NCBI RefSeq assembly: GCF_009914755.1
Contig: NC_060941.1
Length of the DNA: 64,000 nt
Reading direction: 5' to 3' (one strand)
DNA from: the human T2T-CHM13v2.0 reference genome, Homo sapiens
Shown: positions 1-23,378 of the stretch, one piece after another
Numbering within the stretch: the first letter of the stretch is position 1
Layout: the number at the start of each line of letters is the position of its first letter
The notes under the pieces: model-generated
What the model saw: the letters and a program-made list of their open reading frames with translations, nothing else
Database searches by the model: none
What the model was told of the DNA's origin: nothing
Translations under genes and position numbers: made by a program

Positions 1-117
1 TAAGTGTCTAATTAAGAAGACACTCCCTCTTCTCCAAAACATCCATAGTATTTTTTAACCTAATAGAGCATCGCATTTTAATTCATTTTAACCTTTACGA
101 TAATTTTTTTTAATGCC

Positions 118-404
118 TTTTTTTTGAGACAGTGTCTCGCTTTTTCACCCAGGCTAGAGTGCAGTGGTGCCATCTCACCTCACCACAACCTCAAACTCTC
201 GAGCTCAAGGAATCCTTCCACCTCAGCCTCCCAACCACAGGCGCATGGCACCATGCGGAGCTAATTTTTTTTTGTTTTTTTTTGGAGAGACAGGGTTTCG
301 CTATGTTGCCCAAGCTGGTCTTGGAACTCCTGCGGTCAAGTGATCCACCCACCTCGGCCTCCCAAAAGTGTTGGGATTACAGGCGTGAGCCACCACGCCC
401 AGCC
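118..404 (-). mobile_element. AluJ-like
   Basis: T tract, gagacag...gggattacaggcgtgagccaccacgcccagcc. Confidence 0.85.
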
Positions 405-685
405 TCTTTGCCTTATTATGCAGACCGGTCCATACGTTTTTTGAAATCAGAGGCTATAATATATAAATACTCTCCACAATATTAAGAACATTATCTTAAA
501 CTAATCACTCAATAAATGTCCATTTGAATGAGTCAGTGAATGAACAAATGTTTAATGATCTTTTTGTGGTAAGTACACAATTAAAAACTTTTACCACTTA
601 TTATTTGAGATAGAAAACACATTTTTGAATAAAGCAAGAGCTTTAAATATTTGAATAAATAGAAAATAACTAAAGAAAAGAACAA

Positions 686-2626
686 GGTCATTTTCTGGTG
701 CCTAAAGAAAAATTGAGAGTGTTGGAGGTGTTCAAACAAGAGTGACTCCGGCTCCCCTCCCCTCTCCCCTCTCCCCTCTCTCCTCCCCTTTCCATGGTCT
801 CCCTCTCATGCCGAGCCAAAGCTGGACTGTGCCGCTGCCATCTCGGCTCACTGCAACCTCCCTGCCTGATTCTCCTGCCTCAGCCTGCCGAGTGCCTGCG
901 ATTGCAGGCGCGCGCCGCCACGCCTGACTGGTTTTCGTATTTTTTTGGTGGAGACGGGGTTTCGCTGTGTTGGCTGGGCTGGTCTCCAGCTCCTAACCGC
1001 GAGTGATCCACCAGCCTCGGCATTCTGAGGTGCCGGGATTGCAGATGGAGTCTCGTTAACTCAGTGCTCAATGGTGCCCAGGCTGGAGTGCAGTGGCGTG
1101 ATCTCGGCTCGCTACAACCTCCACCTCCCAGCCGCCTGCCTTGGCCCCCCAAAGTGCAGAGATTGCAGCCTCTGCCCGGCCGCCACCCCGTCTGGGAAGT
1201 GAGGAGCGTCTCTGCCTGGCCGCCCACCGTCTGGGATGTGAGGAGCCCCTCTGCCTGGCTGCCCAGTCTGGAAAGTGAGGAGCGTCTCTGCCCGGCCGCC
1301 ATCCCACCTGGGAAGTGAGCAGCGCCTCTTCCCGGCCGCCATCCCATCTAGGAAGTGAGGAACGTCTCTGCCCGGCCGCCCATCGTCTGAGATGTGGGGA
1401 GCGCCTCTACCCCGCCGCCCCGTCTGGGATGTGAGGAGCACCTCGGCCCGGCCGCGACCCCGTCTGGGAGGTGAGGAGCGTCTCTGCCCGGCCGCCCCGT
1501 CTGAGAAGTGAGGAGACCCTCCGCCCGGCTGCCACCCCGTCTGGGAAGTGAGGAGCGTCTCCGCCCGGCAGCCACCCCGCCCGGGAGGGAGGTGGGGGGT
1601 CAGCCCCCGCCAGGCCAGCCGCCCCATCCGGGAGGGAGGTGGGGGGTCAGCCCCCCGCCCGGCCAGCCGCCCCGTCCGGGAGGGAGGTAGGGGGGTCAGC
1701 CCCCTGCCCGGCCAGCCGCCCCATCCGGGAGGGAGGTTGGGGGGTCAGCCCCCCGCCCGGCCAGCCGCCCCGTCCAGGAGGTGAGGGTCGCCTCTGCCCG
1801 GCCGCCCCTACTGGGAAGTGAGGAGCCCCTCTGCCCGGCCAGCCGCCCCGTCCGGGAGGGAGGTGGGGGGGTCAGCCCCCCCCCCCCCCCCCCCGCCAGC
1901 CACCCCATCCGGGAGGGAGGTGGGGGGGGGGTCAGCCCCCCTGCCCAGCCAGCCGCCCCGTCCGGGAGGGAGGTGGGGGGGGGGTCAGCCGCCCCGTCCG
2001 GGAGGGAGGTGGGGGAGTCAGCCCCCCGCCCGGCCAGCCGCCCCGTCTGGGAGGTGAGGGGCGCCTCTGCCCGGCTGCCCCTACTGGGAAGTGAGGAGCC
2101 CCTCTGCCCGGCCACCACCCCGTCTGGGAGGAGGTACCCAACAGCTCATTGAGAACGGGCCATGATGACGATGGCGGTTTTGTGGAATAGAAAAGGGGGC
2201 AAGGTGGGGAAAAGATTGAGAAATCGGATGGTTGCTGTGTCTGTGTAGAAAGTAGTAGACATGGGAGACTTTTCATTTTGTTCTGTACTAAGAAAAATTC
2301 TTCTGCCTTGGGATCCTGTTGATCTATGACCTTACCCCCAACCCTGTGCTCTCTGAAACATGTGCTGTGTCCACTCAGGGTTAAATGGATTAAGGGTGGT
2401 GCAAGATGTGCTTTGTTAAACAGATGCTTGAAGGCAGCATACTCGTTGAGAGTCATCACCACTCCCCAATCTCAAGTACCAGGGACACAAACACTCTGCC
2501 TAGGAAAACCAGAGACCTTTGTTCACTTGTTTGTCTGCTGACCTTCCCTCCGCTGTTGTCCTATGACCCTGCCAAATCCCCCTCTGCGAGAAACACCCAA
2601 GAATGATCAATAAAAAAAAAATAAAA
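686..2626 (+). mobile_element. Full-length SVA retrotransposon (SVA_D-like) with ~66 nt of extra 5' sequence; antisense to NCOR1
   Basis: CCCTCT-type repeats from ~752, Alu-like domain, GC-rich VNTR ~1170-2130, SINE-R, AATAAA and A tail; 15-bp TSD TAAAGAAAAGAACAA at 671-685 and 2627-2641. Confidence 0.95.
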
Positions 2627-3159
2627 TAAAGAAAAGAACAATACCCAAGATTGGAATTCAGTATCAAAAATGAGTCAAATTTTACAGATTATTAAGGTAA
2701 AATATAAATAAAATATACTTGAAATCTGTAGATTATTAAGGTAAAATATAAAAATAAACTAGACTTGAAATTGTATACTGGAGTTAGCCATAATCTCTAC
2801 AATTTATTCTAACTATTCAAAACCTAATTACATGCTTAATGCTACTACTGTTTTATGGCTCCTTAGTGCTGTGGTTACAAACAAAAACAGGACTTACTAA
2901 TATTTATGGCTAGAGCATTATATTTCTTTTTTTTTCTTAACTGGAAATGACCGTTTCAATCAATCATCACAAGTCATTTGAAAAAGCAATGTACTAAGGA
3001 TATAACCTTTGGTTATCTCAAAGAGTTTACTCAAAGTTAGACTCAGCATCTTCCTACCCTTCTCTCCCATATGTCTTAGCACTCCCTAACCCAAGCCCAG
3101 CACAAGAGGATGTAAGAAAAACCAAGGTGCTAAAATCAAGGGCTGACCATACAGGTACT

Positions 3160-4585
3160 AGTCACAATAGTCCAGAGGTGGAAGCAATCCAAATGTCTAT
3201 GAATGGATGAATGAATAAAATGTGATATACAGATACAATGGAGTATTATTCAGCCTTTAAAAATAAAGAAATTCTGGCACCTGCTAAGTATACCTGGAGG
3301 ACATTATGCTGAGTGAAATAAGCCTATCACAAAATGACAAATACTGTATGATTTCATTTATATGACATAATGTGGCACAATAAAAATTAAATATTTGGTC
3401 CTTCTCCCAAAGACTTTTTTTGTTCCAAATCCTTAGAATTTCCAGAGCAGTAAGAGTGTCTTTTGTATGCTAACAAGATGACTCCTGGCTGGGGCCTCTA
3501 GATTGCCTCAGGATAAGGGCTGACAGCCCAAAAAACCACAAGGCAGGAGGCTAGAACTTCTTTGGGGATTGGGGTAGGATGTCTCTTAATATTTTGCCCA
3601 GACTGGGTTTGAACTTGCAATCCTCTTGCCTCAGCCTCCCAAATAGCTGGGAATACAGGGCTGGGAGTACTGTTGGGCACCACCATGCCCAGCAAGGGCT
3701 GGAACTTTCAGCTCCATCCAGCTCACCCCACCCCCAACCCTCCAGGGAGAGGAGAGGGGCTAAAGGTTCATGCACCCATCACCAATGGCCAATGATTTAA
3801 TCATTCATACCTATGTGATGAGGCCTTCATAAAAACCCCAAATGATGGGGTTTTAAGAGTTTCCAGGCTGGTGAACACGTGGAGTTGCTGGGAGGGAGGC
3901 AGACCTAGATAGGAGACAGAAGCTCCACACCCCTTCTGCACACCTTGCCCGATCCATCTCTTCCATTTGGCTGTTTCTGAGTTATATCCCTTATAATGAA
4001 CTAGTAATTATAAGTAAAGCATTTTCCTAAGTTCTCTGAGGCATTTTAGCAAATTATGGAACCTGACGAGGAGAGTCGGAGGAATCCCCAGTCTGCAGCC
4101 TAGTCAGAAGCGTGAGTAACCTGGGGACCCAATACCTATAGAACTGGCATCAGAAATGGGGGTAGCCTTGTGGTACTGAGCCCTTACACTTGTGGTATTA
4201 GATGATTACGCCAGGTAGTTGGTGTCCGAATTGAACTGAACTGTAGGAACCTAGTTGGTGACCAAAGAGGTGGAGAATTCGTTGGTGTGAGGAAAAAGCC
4301 CATACATTTGGTATAGTAAGTATTGTGGGAAAGAACAGTTCATTGGTATCTAAACTGTGTGTTAAATTCATAGAACCAGAAAGCAGAACAGTGGTTACCA
4401 GTGGCAAGCGGCAGGAGGAAGAGAGGAGTTGTTTAATTAATTTCGCATTCGAAAGATGAAAAGGTCCTGGGGATCATTTTCTAAACAATGTCAATATACT
4501 TAACACACTTAACACGAGTGAACTGTATACTTAGAATTGGTTACGATTATTAATTTCATGTTATGTTTTGTACCACTATTTTTTT
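3160..4585 (+). mobile_element. Nested insertion: L1M 3' end (~3160-3365, ~4345-4585) interrupted by a MER21-like LTR (~3371-4340), itself interrupted by an Alu monomer on the minus strand (~3575-3693)
   Basis: L1 motifs caatccaaatgtctatgaatggatgaatg and ctgtatgatttcatttata resume after the LTR; MER21 motif ggaactttcagc...ctccagggagaggagaggggct. Confidence 0.7.
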
Positions 4586-4675
4586 AATCAAGAACCAATT
4601 AAAGAACAGAAGAAATATGTCTATAAAGGTCTCAGTTTTTCATATTTAGTTTTCTTCCTCACAATAAAAACTTAC

Positions 4676-4805
4676 CATTGGTGGGATAACAGCAGCTCGA
4701 TGCTGAAGCTGTGGCAGATCCAGTGGATTTGGTTTTAACGGAGATGAGACGAGTATAGATCCAGTGGGGTTTAACAGTGAAGGCTTTGAGTCCATAGGAA
4801 ACATT
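4676..4805 (-). CDS. NCOR1: NCOR1 coding exon, 130 nt, MFPMDSKPSLLNPTGSILVSSPLKPNPLDLPQLQHRAAVIPPM
   Basis: gcag acceptor, gtaagt donor; lies in ORF 4646..4843; phase 2-0. Confidence 0.96.
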
Positions 4806-5012
4806 CTGCAATTGCAATTTAAAAAAAAGATAAATGAATACATTTTTAAGACTCAAACATATAATCACTATAAGTTCTTCTAAGTTAGTATGTACATACA
4901 CATGCACACATGGACACATGGACACACATATATTAACCCATATAAAATATTTGGACAGTTAAGGAAAAAGGAACCTACAAAGCTGATTTTCCAGATAAAG
5001 AAACTGAATATC

Positions 5013-5113
5013 GTACTCACTTCAGCAGCGCACATACTAAAATTGAAATGATACAAAGATTACCATGGCCCCTGTGCAAGAAAAACATGCAAATTTGCAA
5101 AGCATTTTATATT
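5013..5113 (+). pseudogene. U6 snRNA processed pseudogene, antisense to NCOR1
   Basis: gtactcacttcagcagcgcacatactaaaattg...catggcccctgtgcaag...; A-rich tail; degenerate TSD aaagaaactgaata / aaagaaacctaata. Confidence 0.9.
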
Positions 5114-6670
5114 AGAAAGAAAAGAAAAAAGAAACCTAATACTGACTTACAGGTTGAAATTTATCTGTATTGTCTATATCTAACCAACAAAACAATCTAA
5201 ACGAAGTCCATTTAAAACTGTTCAGTCCTAATTTACCACAAATATCCTAACATGGGTTAAAAACTAGTTACCTGTTAGAGGATGTTTTATTGGGATCACA
5301 GAGTATTTTTTTAAATATTTGAATAAGCTGCTGTGATTTTTAAACTGAAAATTTCATCCAAAATTCCAGACCTCTGGCTTCTCATGAAAAATGGAAAGAA
5401 CCAACAACATGAAATCAGCACTCCCCAACAGCAGCGACCTGCCATGCATCCAGCAGCCGCCACCCCGCTCACATGAGCACACACTCCTCTGCTCACCATA
5501 GTCCCTGCCATCTCACACTCCACCGGCTGATGTTGCCCATACCTACACTCAAGTTTAGGATGCCCAATATATAAACTTGAGGAAATTTTGTACTAGTGTC
5601 ATGCTTTATGGGCCTGGTCATATTTCCCAGTGTTGTCATGGTCACTGGGGGAAGGTGAACATTTAAAAATGTAGAAATTGGTAAGAAAATCAGAATGTAT
5701 TTAAAAAAACAATTCACATACTATATAAAGAAAGATTATATTAAAGCTATAGGAAATTGAAAGTGTTATTTCGGTCATTTGGGAGCAGTGTAGACTTTAG
5801 TGTGTCATTAAGAAACCATCATATTTTTCCAAGGAATTTCTGAATTTCAAAACTACTATCATGTTCATCTCTTAGGATGTTTACCATTTAAAATTACTGC
5901 CATCCTACCTAATTTTTCCTTCACGTATAGTTACCAAAACCAACAGTGCAAAACACAGATAATCCTTATTTAGATGAGATGTTTCAATAAGGAATGCTTA
6001 AAAAGGGACTACACAGCTTGAATCCATTTATGTTTACTGCAGTTAAAGACTGACACCATTAAAATAAAATCTAGATTACTCTGAGGTGAAAGAAAAAGAG
6101 TGATAGTCAAATTTTCTGGTAAACCAACACTTAAGCAGAACACCTATTTTATTTCAATTCATGCTGATGAAAATTCTAGCATCTACTATATAAAACACTC
6201 TGAGGAATCAGCACTATAATGCTCCATATTATTATTCTAGTATCAAATCTCATTATGGAGTACATAAGATATAAAATATATTGGATATAAACTGAAAATA
6301 CAGTGACACCAAGACACACTCTGAAAGATAAACTTTGAAGAGAATTTAGCTATCTGTTGAGTAGCTTGTCTCTTTATTCTTATTAAAAAGAAAAAAAAGG
6401 AGTGGGGTTTAATTGGGTTCGGATTAAGTGATGTTTCAGTCTAATTCACTTCTAGAATTTGCACCAATTTATCATTCTACTAAAATTATAAGTGATTCAA
6501 TGTCTTTTAAGGAAAAGGAAACACCAGGAAATAAAATATATTAAATAAAGTAATAACTGTACCTGTAAAATATATATCTTTTACTGTAATTTTTACAAAA
6601 ACCATAAAGATATGATACATTTTTTGTATAATTAATTAACCTTTAATGACTAAAGCTACCTGTAAACTGC

Positions 6671-6963
6671 AGGGAGCGGTGGCTCATGCCTGTAATTCCA
6701 GCACTTTGGGAGGCTGAGATGGGTGGATCACCTGAGGTCAGGAGTTTGAGACCAGCCTGGCCAACACGGCAAAACCCCATCTCTACTAAAAATACAAAAA
6801 TTAGCCAAGCATGGTGGCGTGTGCCTGTAGTCCCAGCTACTCAGAAGGCTGAGGCAGGAGAATCACGTGAACTCAAGAGGTGGAGGATGCAGTGACCCGA
6901 GATCGTGTCATTGCACTCCAGCCTGGGGAAGAACGAGACTCCGTCTCAAAAAAAGAAAAAAAA
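6671..6963 (+). mobile_element. AluS
   Basis: Dimeric Alu with A tail. Confidence 0.9.
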
Positions 6964-7558
6964 CTTGTAAATTAATCTGCATTATACCTGATATTTTAAA
7001 TTACAAATATGAACAATCTAAAATGTTAACTGATACAAAAAAGTGGTCATAATTATCATTACTTTGCATTTAAATTATGCTTTCTAAAAATTTTCAGAAC
7101 ACTGAACATGTCTCTCTTTTCAGCATTTTCTTCTACCTAATAAGTAGGGGCTGGTAGGCCTTGTTTTGAGGTTGCACTGCCTTAGAGAAGCGGGAGTGCC
7201 TCAATGCCTCTAGCCTCCACCTTCTTCTACCACATCCCACTGCTGCCCTCCTCAGGCACAACAGTTATCTGTGGTTTATTCACAACTTTATTAGTTGAAA
7301 TTCCCTGTTATGCTATCATACAGAATACACGTAACAAGACAGATATAGGAGAAATGTATAATCTGTTTCATTAAAATGATCATACAATAGTTTGTGGTTA
7401 TTTAAACAGAACAGTATCAGCCCAATATTAAAATTGTACAGACTACCTATAACGTGCCAATATTTACATAGGAGACATGTCTGCAGCCAGCACCACCCTG
7501 TGATTCAGTCACCAACCAGCAGAGTAAGCACGGGGAGGACTTATGGAACGAGCCTCAC

Positions 7559-8066
7559 CTCTGCCTCTCTGGCTCTCCATCCACATCCTCATCAGCGCTG
7601 CACGTGGCACTGGAATCATTGTCTGACTGGGGCTCGGGCCTTTGGGCATTTATTTGCTGAGCTACCACCAAATCTTCATCTCTAGGTTCCACCTTCTCAC
7701 TGGCTCTATCCAAGTCTCTTTCTTTGGTATTATCACCTTCAACTTTAGATGCATGGTTTTCTGGCACCCTCACTTCAACGTCCACAGAGTCAGCTTTGGT
7801 AGCGGGTGGGGGATCACAAACAGAACCCTCTTCAGCACTGTGCTCCTGCTGATCTACATCCATCTGCTCTGCTGTCTCAGCACTGATGCTGTCATTCACC
7901 TGGGTCTCCACACTTTCATCTTCAGCTGGTTTTGTACTTGGAACTGCTAAGGAGGGAGATGTACTGGGTGCAGTTTCCGTGGTGGGCTCAAGCTCAACCG
8001 CAGGTTCTGTGTTTCCTCGAGAAGTAGCATTTTCAGGACTGTCCTCGCTGGGCTTGACAGCTTCAA
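7559..8066 (-). CDS. NCOR1: NCOR1 coding exon, 508 nt (556 nt with the upstream acceptor at 8114), VEAVKPSEDSPEN...DEDVDGEPERQ(R); RD2 region
   Basis: ccag acceptor at 8067-8070, gtgagg donor; ORF 7555..7911 is part of it; phase 1-2. Confidence 0.95.
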
Positions 8067-8114
8067 CTGGTGAAGGAGAAGGAGCACTTTCTGTATCAGA
8101 ACTATTTTCTGCAC
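8067..8114 (-). CDS. NCOR1: NCOR1 alternative 3' splice site extension, +16 aa GAENSSDTESAPSPSP
   Basis: Upstream ctttaag acceptor; 48 nt, in frame and stop-free; I recall this insert from NCoR1 isoforms. Confidence 0.85.
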
Positions 8115-8481
8115 CTTAAAGATAATGATACAGCATAAAAATCTGATAATGAACATGTTTCAGGTGGTGATAGAAACCATGTTTGAAAGTAGTTGTTTAG
8201 GATGAATTCTACTCCTTTGATGACCTCATTGAAGTATTTACAGCCATTGAGAAGGCTAAAGTTTCCTACAGAGTATAAAAGTGAAAGATCAAATTATCTT
8301 GACCTTCTGAAACTAAAAGCATAAAGGATTTTAATGTCTGAAAATAATTTATATGAAATTGAAAAAGAACGAACAATAAAACTAAACAAAAAACATTCCT
8401 ATAAATGATGACATTCTGGTGTATTTCTAGAAGCCTCTTCCTGTGAATTTCCTTTTACCCAGCTGAACTGACACTCTAGAA

Positions 8482-9282
<801 letters not shown>

Positions 9283-9379
9283 GCTGTAGAATACTATTTC
9301 ACAGATTTTTAATTTAATGTTGTAACAGATCTTTCCCCATATCGTTTATATTGTTCTATAATCGTTTATATTGTTCTAT

Positions 9380-12449
<3,070 letters not shown>

Positions 12450-13157
12450 TTATCATTACTGAAAGATCCTACCAAAGCATTGAAAAGCTAACAAAAAGCC
12501 CAACTTAACCTTCATTTCTGTTTATATAGTGGTAGAAAGCCCCAAATCCAAGGGCAAACTAACAAGGCATTTATCTTCAAAATATTAGAAGACATGTTAG
12601 TGGTTATACAGCAGATGATATCATTTGACATAAGCACTTTTCCAATTTTCTTCTTCCAAGCCACAAAAGAGTAGGAAGGTTTCCAAGGCATAATGTTTCA
12701 CCAAGCAGTAGCCAAACATGAGTATCTTTTTTTTTCCTAAAAATACAAAAAAAAACCTTAAAGAATGATGTAGAAAAAGAGAACAAGAGCAAATCCAAAT
12801 TTTGGTGAAGTTTGGTCTGATTTAATTCTTCTAATCATGAAAGATACTCAAACACTCAGATGTGTTTTAGGAAAACAGATAGAGGAACCCTCCCTTCAGC
12901 AGCTGCCTTTGTTCTTCAATTGGCAAGAGACTTGCCACACAATAAACAGTGCATCTGTGCTGTCTCATTGAGATTAGGAATAAGTATGAGATCACAGGTC
13001 ACATGAGCTGCATTTATGTTCTCTTCTTGACACTTTCCAAATGAAGCTAAGTCAACAGGAAGAGAGAGCCTACAATTCTACTGGGAAAATCATTTCCTCT
13101 TAATAGGAAACTCTTCTAGATGATTGAGCAGATGTGATGGTGCCACCCTACACTTGA

Positions 13158-13502
<345 letters not shown>

Positions 13503-13533
13503 AGATAGACATATTAATACCAGACTTGGGCTT

Positions 13534-13920
13534 TGTTATGGACTGCATTGTGCCCCTCCCCACCAAAATTCTTCTGTTGGAGCCCTACCCCCCAATGTAA
13601 CTGTATTTGAAGACGAGGCCTTTAAGGAGATGACTAAGGTTAAATGAGATTATAACAGTGGGCTCTAATCCAGTAGGAGTTGTCTTCATATGAGGAAGAG
13701 ACACCAGGAGTGCGCACACCCAAAGGAAAGGCCATGTAAGGACAAAGTAACAAGGCGGTTAGCCATCTGCAAGCCACAAAGACAGCCCTCATCAGAAAGC
13801 AACTGTGCCAGCACCTTGACCTTGCACGTACAGCCTCCAGAACCGTGAGAAAATTAATTTCAGTTGCTGCAGCCACCCAATCTGTGGTATTTTGTTATGG
13901 CAGCCCAAGGAGATTTATTA
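13534..13920 (+). mobile_element. MLT1 (MLT1B-like) solo LTR
   Basis: tgttatggactg...taaggttaaatgag...cagcctccagaaccgtgagaaaattaattt...ggtattttgttatggcagcc. Confidence 0.8.
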
Positions 13921-15092
13921 ACCTCCAGCCTTCATTAACATTTATAACCCCAGGGAATACTAGCCACCAGAAACAAACCCATTAAAACCAAGAGACTCTG
14001 ACAACCTCTCTAGAAGTGCCATTAACACACCAAACTACCTTCCCTGTTTGCAGCACTCTTACCCTACCCTCGGGTGGGACTTCTCTAATACTCTCTCTAC
14101 TCTTGTAAAGATGACCTCATTTTTCACAAACCCTCCCAAAAACAAGTTTAAGGTTAGGGGTTGTTCAAAGCCAAAACCCATTTCAATACAAGTTTAAGTT
14201 TAAAAGACAACAAGAATAATCTATAGGAAAAAAAAAACATGGAATCTAATATTACTAAACCTGGAGGATGTACAACTTTTAAAGCTTATACAAAATAAAG
14301 ACCCTACACAGAAAAGAGATACAACTCTAATTACACAAACTTTAAACAAAAGTAATTGAAAAGGAAAACAAAAAGAAAATGATGGAAAAAATTATCTGCA
14401 TATACAAAACATGAACATGTTTAATTTATAATATATGAAGAGCTACTAAAAGCATTATAAAAATCCCCACATCAGAAGCAATTTCCAAAAAAAAAAAAAA
14501 AAAATCCACAGAAACTTTAATCAGAGTGTAAACTGAAATAAATTAGGTATCTTTTTTCTTACCAAAAAAATCAAGAAAACATTTACCTTTCCATGAACTT
14601 GTCATTAGTTTAAATGACAAAGATACATTATTTCTTAAATTTCCTTAAGTTTCGTGTTTTTTTTTTCTATCGGTGCTTCTAAGGTCACTAATTCTTTTTA
14701 CGTAAAAACATTACTACAGTACATATAAATCTCTGTAAAAATATGAAAATAAATCAAACTTAAGCCAATAAAATAAAGAGAAATGTAACCAACTATACTA
14801 ACTGAACAAATAAATGTGGCAATGACACAGACACACAGGTATTTTATTGATGTTGGCACTTGATGTCTGAAGCAGGACTGCCATTTCCAAGATCTTCTGG
14901 ACCATCCTAGGTGCTACATAAATATTTGTTGATTAAATGAATAAAAACATTATGTTCAAGTTTGAAGTCTCCACACCATGAAAACACTGGCACACTGTTT
15001 CCTCAATGAAGCAACTCCTACACAGTCAAATGACTAAAAATTATTTATTCTGGATAGCAGATGTCACAACTAAATTTAAAATTTTGAGATAC

Positions 15093-15219
15093 CTTCGCTG
15101 TCTTCTGGATTTTCTTCTTCATTGGAGGCTTCAATATCTTCATCCTCCTGAGCAGAAACAGTGGAAGCGACACTTTCACATTGAGACACATCTCGCTCTT
15201 CACGAGGTTTTCGTGAAGT
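15093..15219 (-). CDS. NCOR1: NCOR1 coding exon, 127 nt, TSRKPREERDVSQCESVAST...EENPEDSE
   Basis: ttag acceptor, gtatct donor; phase 0-1. Confidence 0.95.
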
Positions 15220-16044
15220 CTAAAGGAGGAAAGAGTATTATTTGATTTAAATAACTAAAAAGAAAAAAAAATTCATTTCTGAAATAATGTAGAACATTGA
15301 TAAGCACACACACACACCAGACAAGGAGGTCACATGTTTGACAATAGTTCTGGTTAAAGTGCAGATAAATACCTCTCCATAATCACTAACTGGCCAAATT
15401 TTGTGTAGATGGCTCGCCTTTATCAAACTAAGCAAAAGTTACATCTGATCCACTTTTGGAATTACTCACCACTATACATGTATAAAAAGCCAAAAATCAC
15501 ATACCTCCATGCTTTTTACTCACTCCAGATAATGTTATCTAATAAAAACAATATATATATATTTTTTCTAAAGATAATATATACCTTGAAATGTGGAAGA
15601 CATAACACTACAAAAATCACTGCTCATTATTCCAACAGTAAGAGATCCTAAATATACCGGTACATTTCCTTTCAATCTTTCAGAGGCATATACATGAATA
15701 TAAATATTTATGTATACATGTAAACACAACCAGGAAAGCCCTATGTAATTACATATTCACTTTTTTAACATAATGTAGCCATGAGCAGAACATATCACTG
15801 TTACAAATTCTTCCTAATTATTGTTATTAATGATCCCATGAAAACATTATGTTGACATAATACTGACATATATTATGTTGACATATAATTAAAATTCTCC
15901 TATTTTAAGGCATTTTGGTAATTTTCAATTTTTGGTATAAATAATGCTGCAAGAAACTTCCTTCACTAGCATTAAGAATCACGCAATTTTATAAGCAACA
16001 ACTCATCATTGATATTACTACTGAATTTCTTTTTACCACTCAAT

Positions 16045-23378
<7,334 letters not shown>

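Noticed and set aside
742-2606. Many overlapping 60-176 aa ORFs, also at 50922-52594
   Set aside because: They lie within SVA elements; GC-rich VNTR is stop-poor, so these are not genes
5497-5526. 30-nt cassette exon (catcag|...ATG|gtgagc)
   Set aside because: No polypyrimidine tract, and joining to the next exon creates TGA; only the donor is kept, as part of the 5265-5545 finding
8405-8471. C/D-box snoRNA-like ATGATGA...CTGA
   Set aside because: Antisense to the host transcript, no terminal stem, no recognisable guide
12880-13150. Possible enhancer (GTCACATGA M-box/CLEAR-like motif, GGCAAG...CTTGCC palindrome)
   Set aside because: Short motifs are expected by chance in 64 kb; unsupported without conservation or chromatin data
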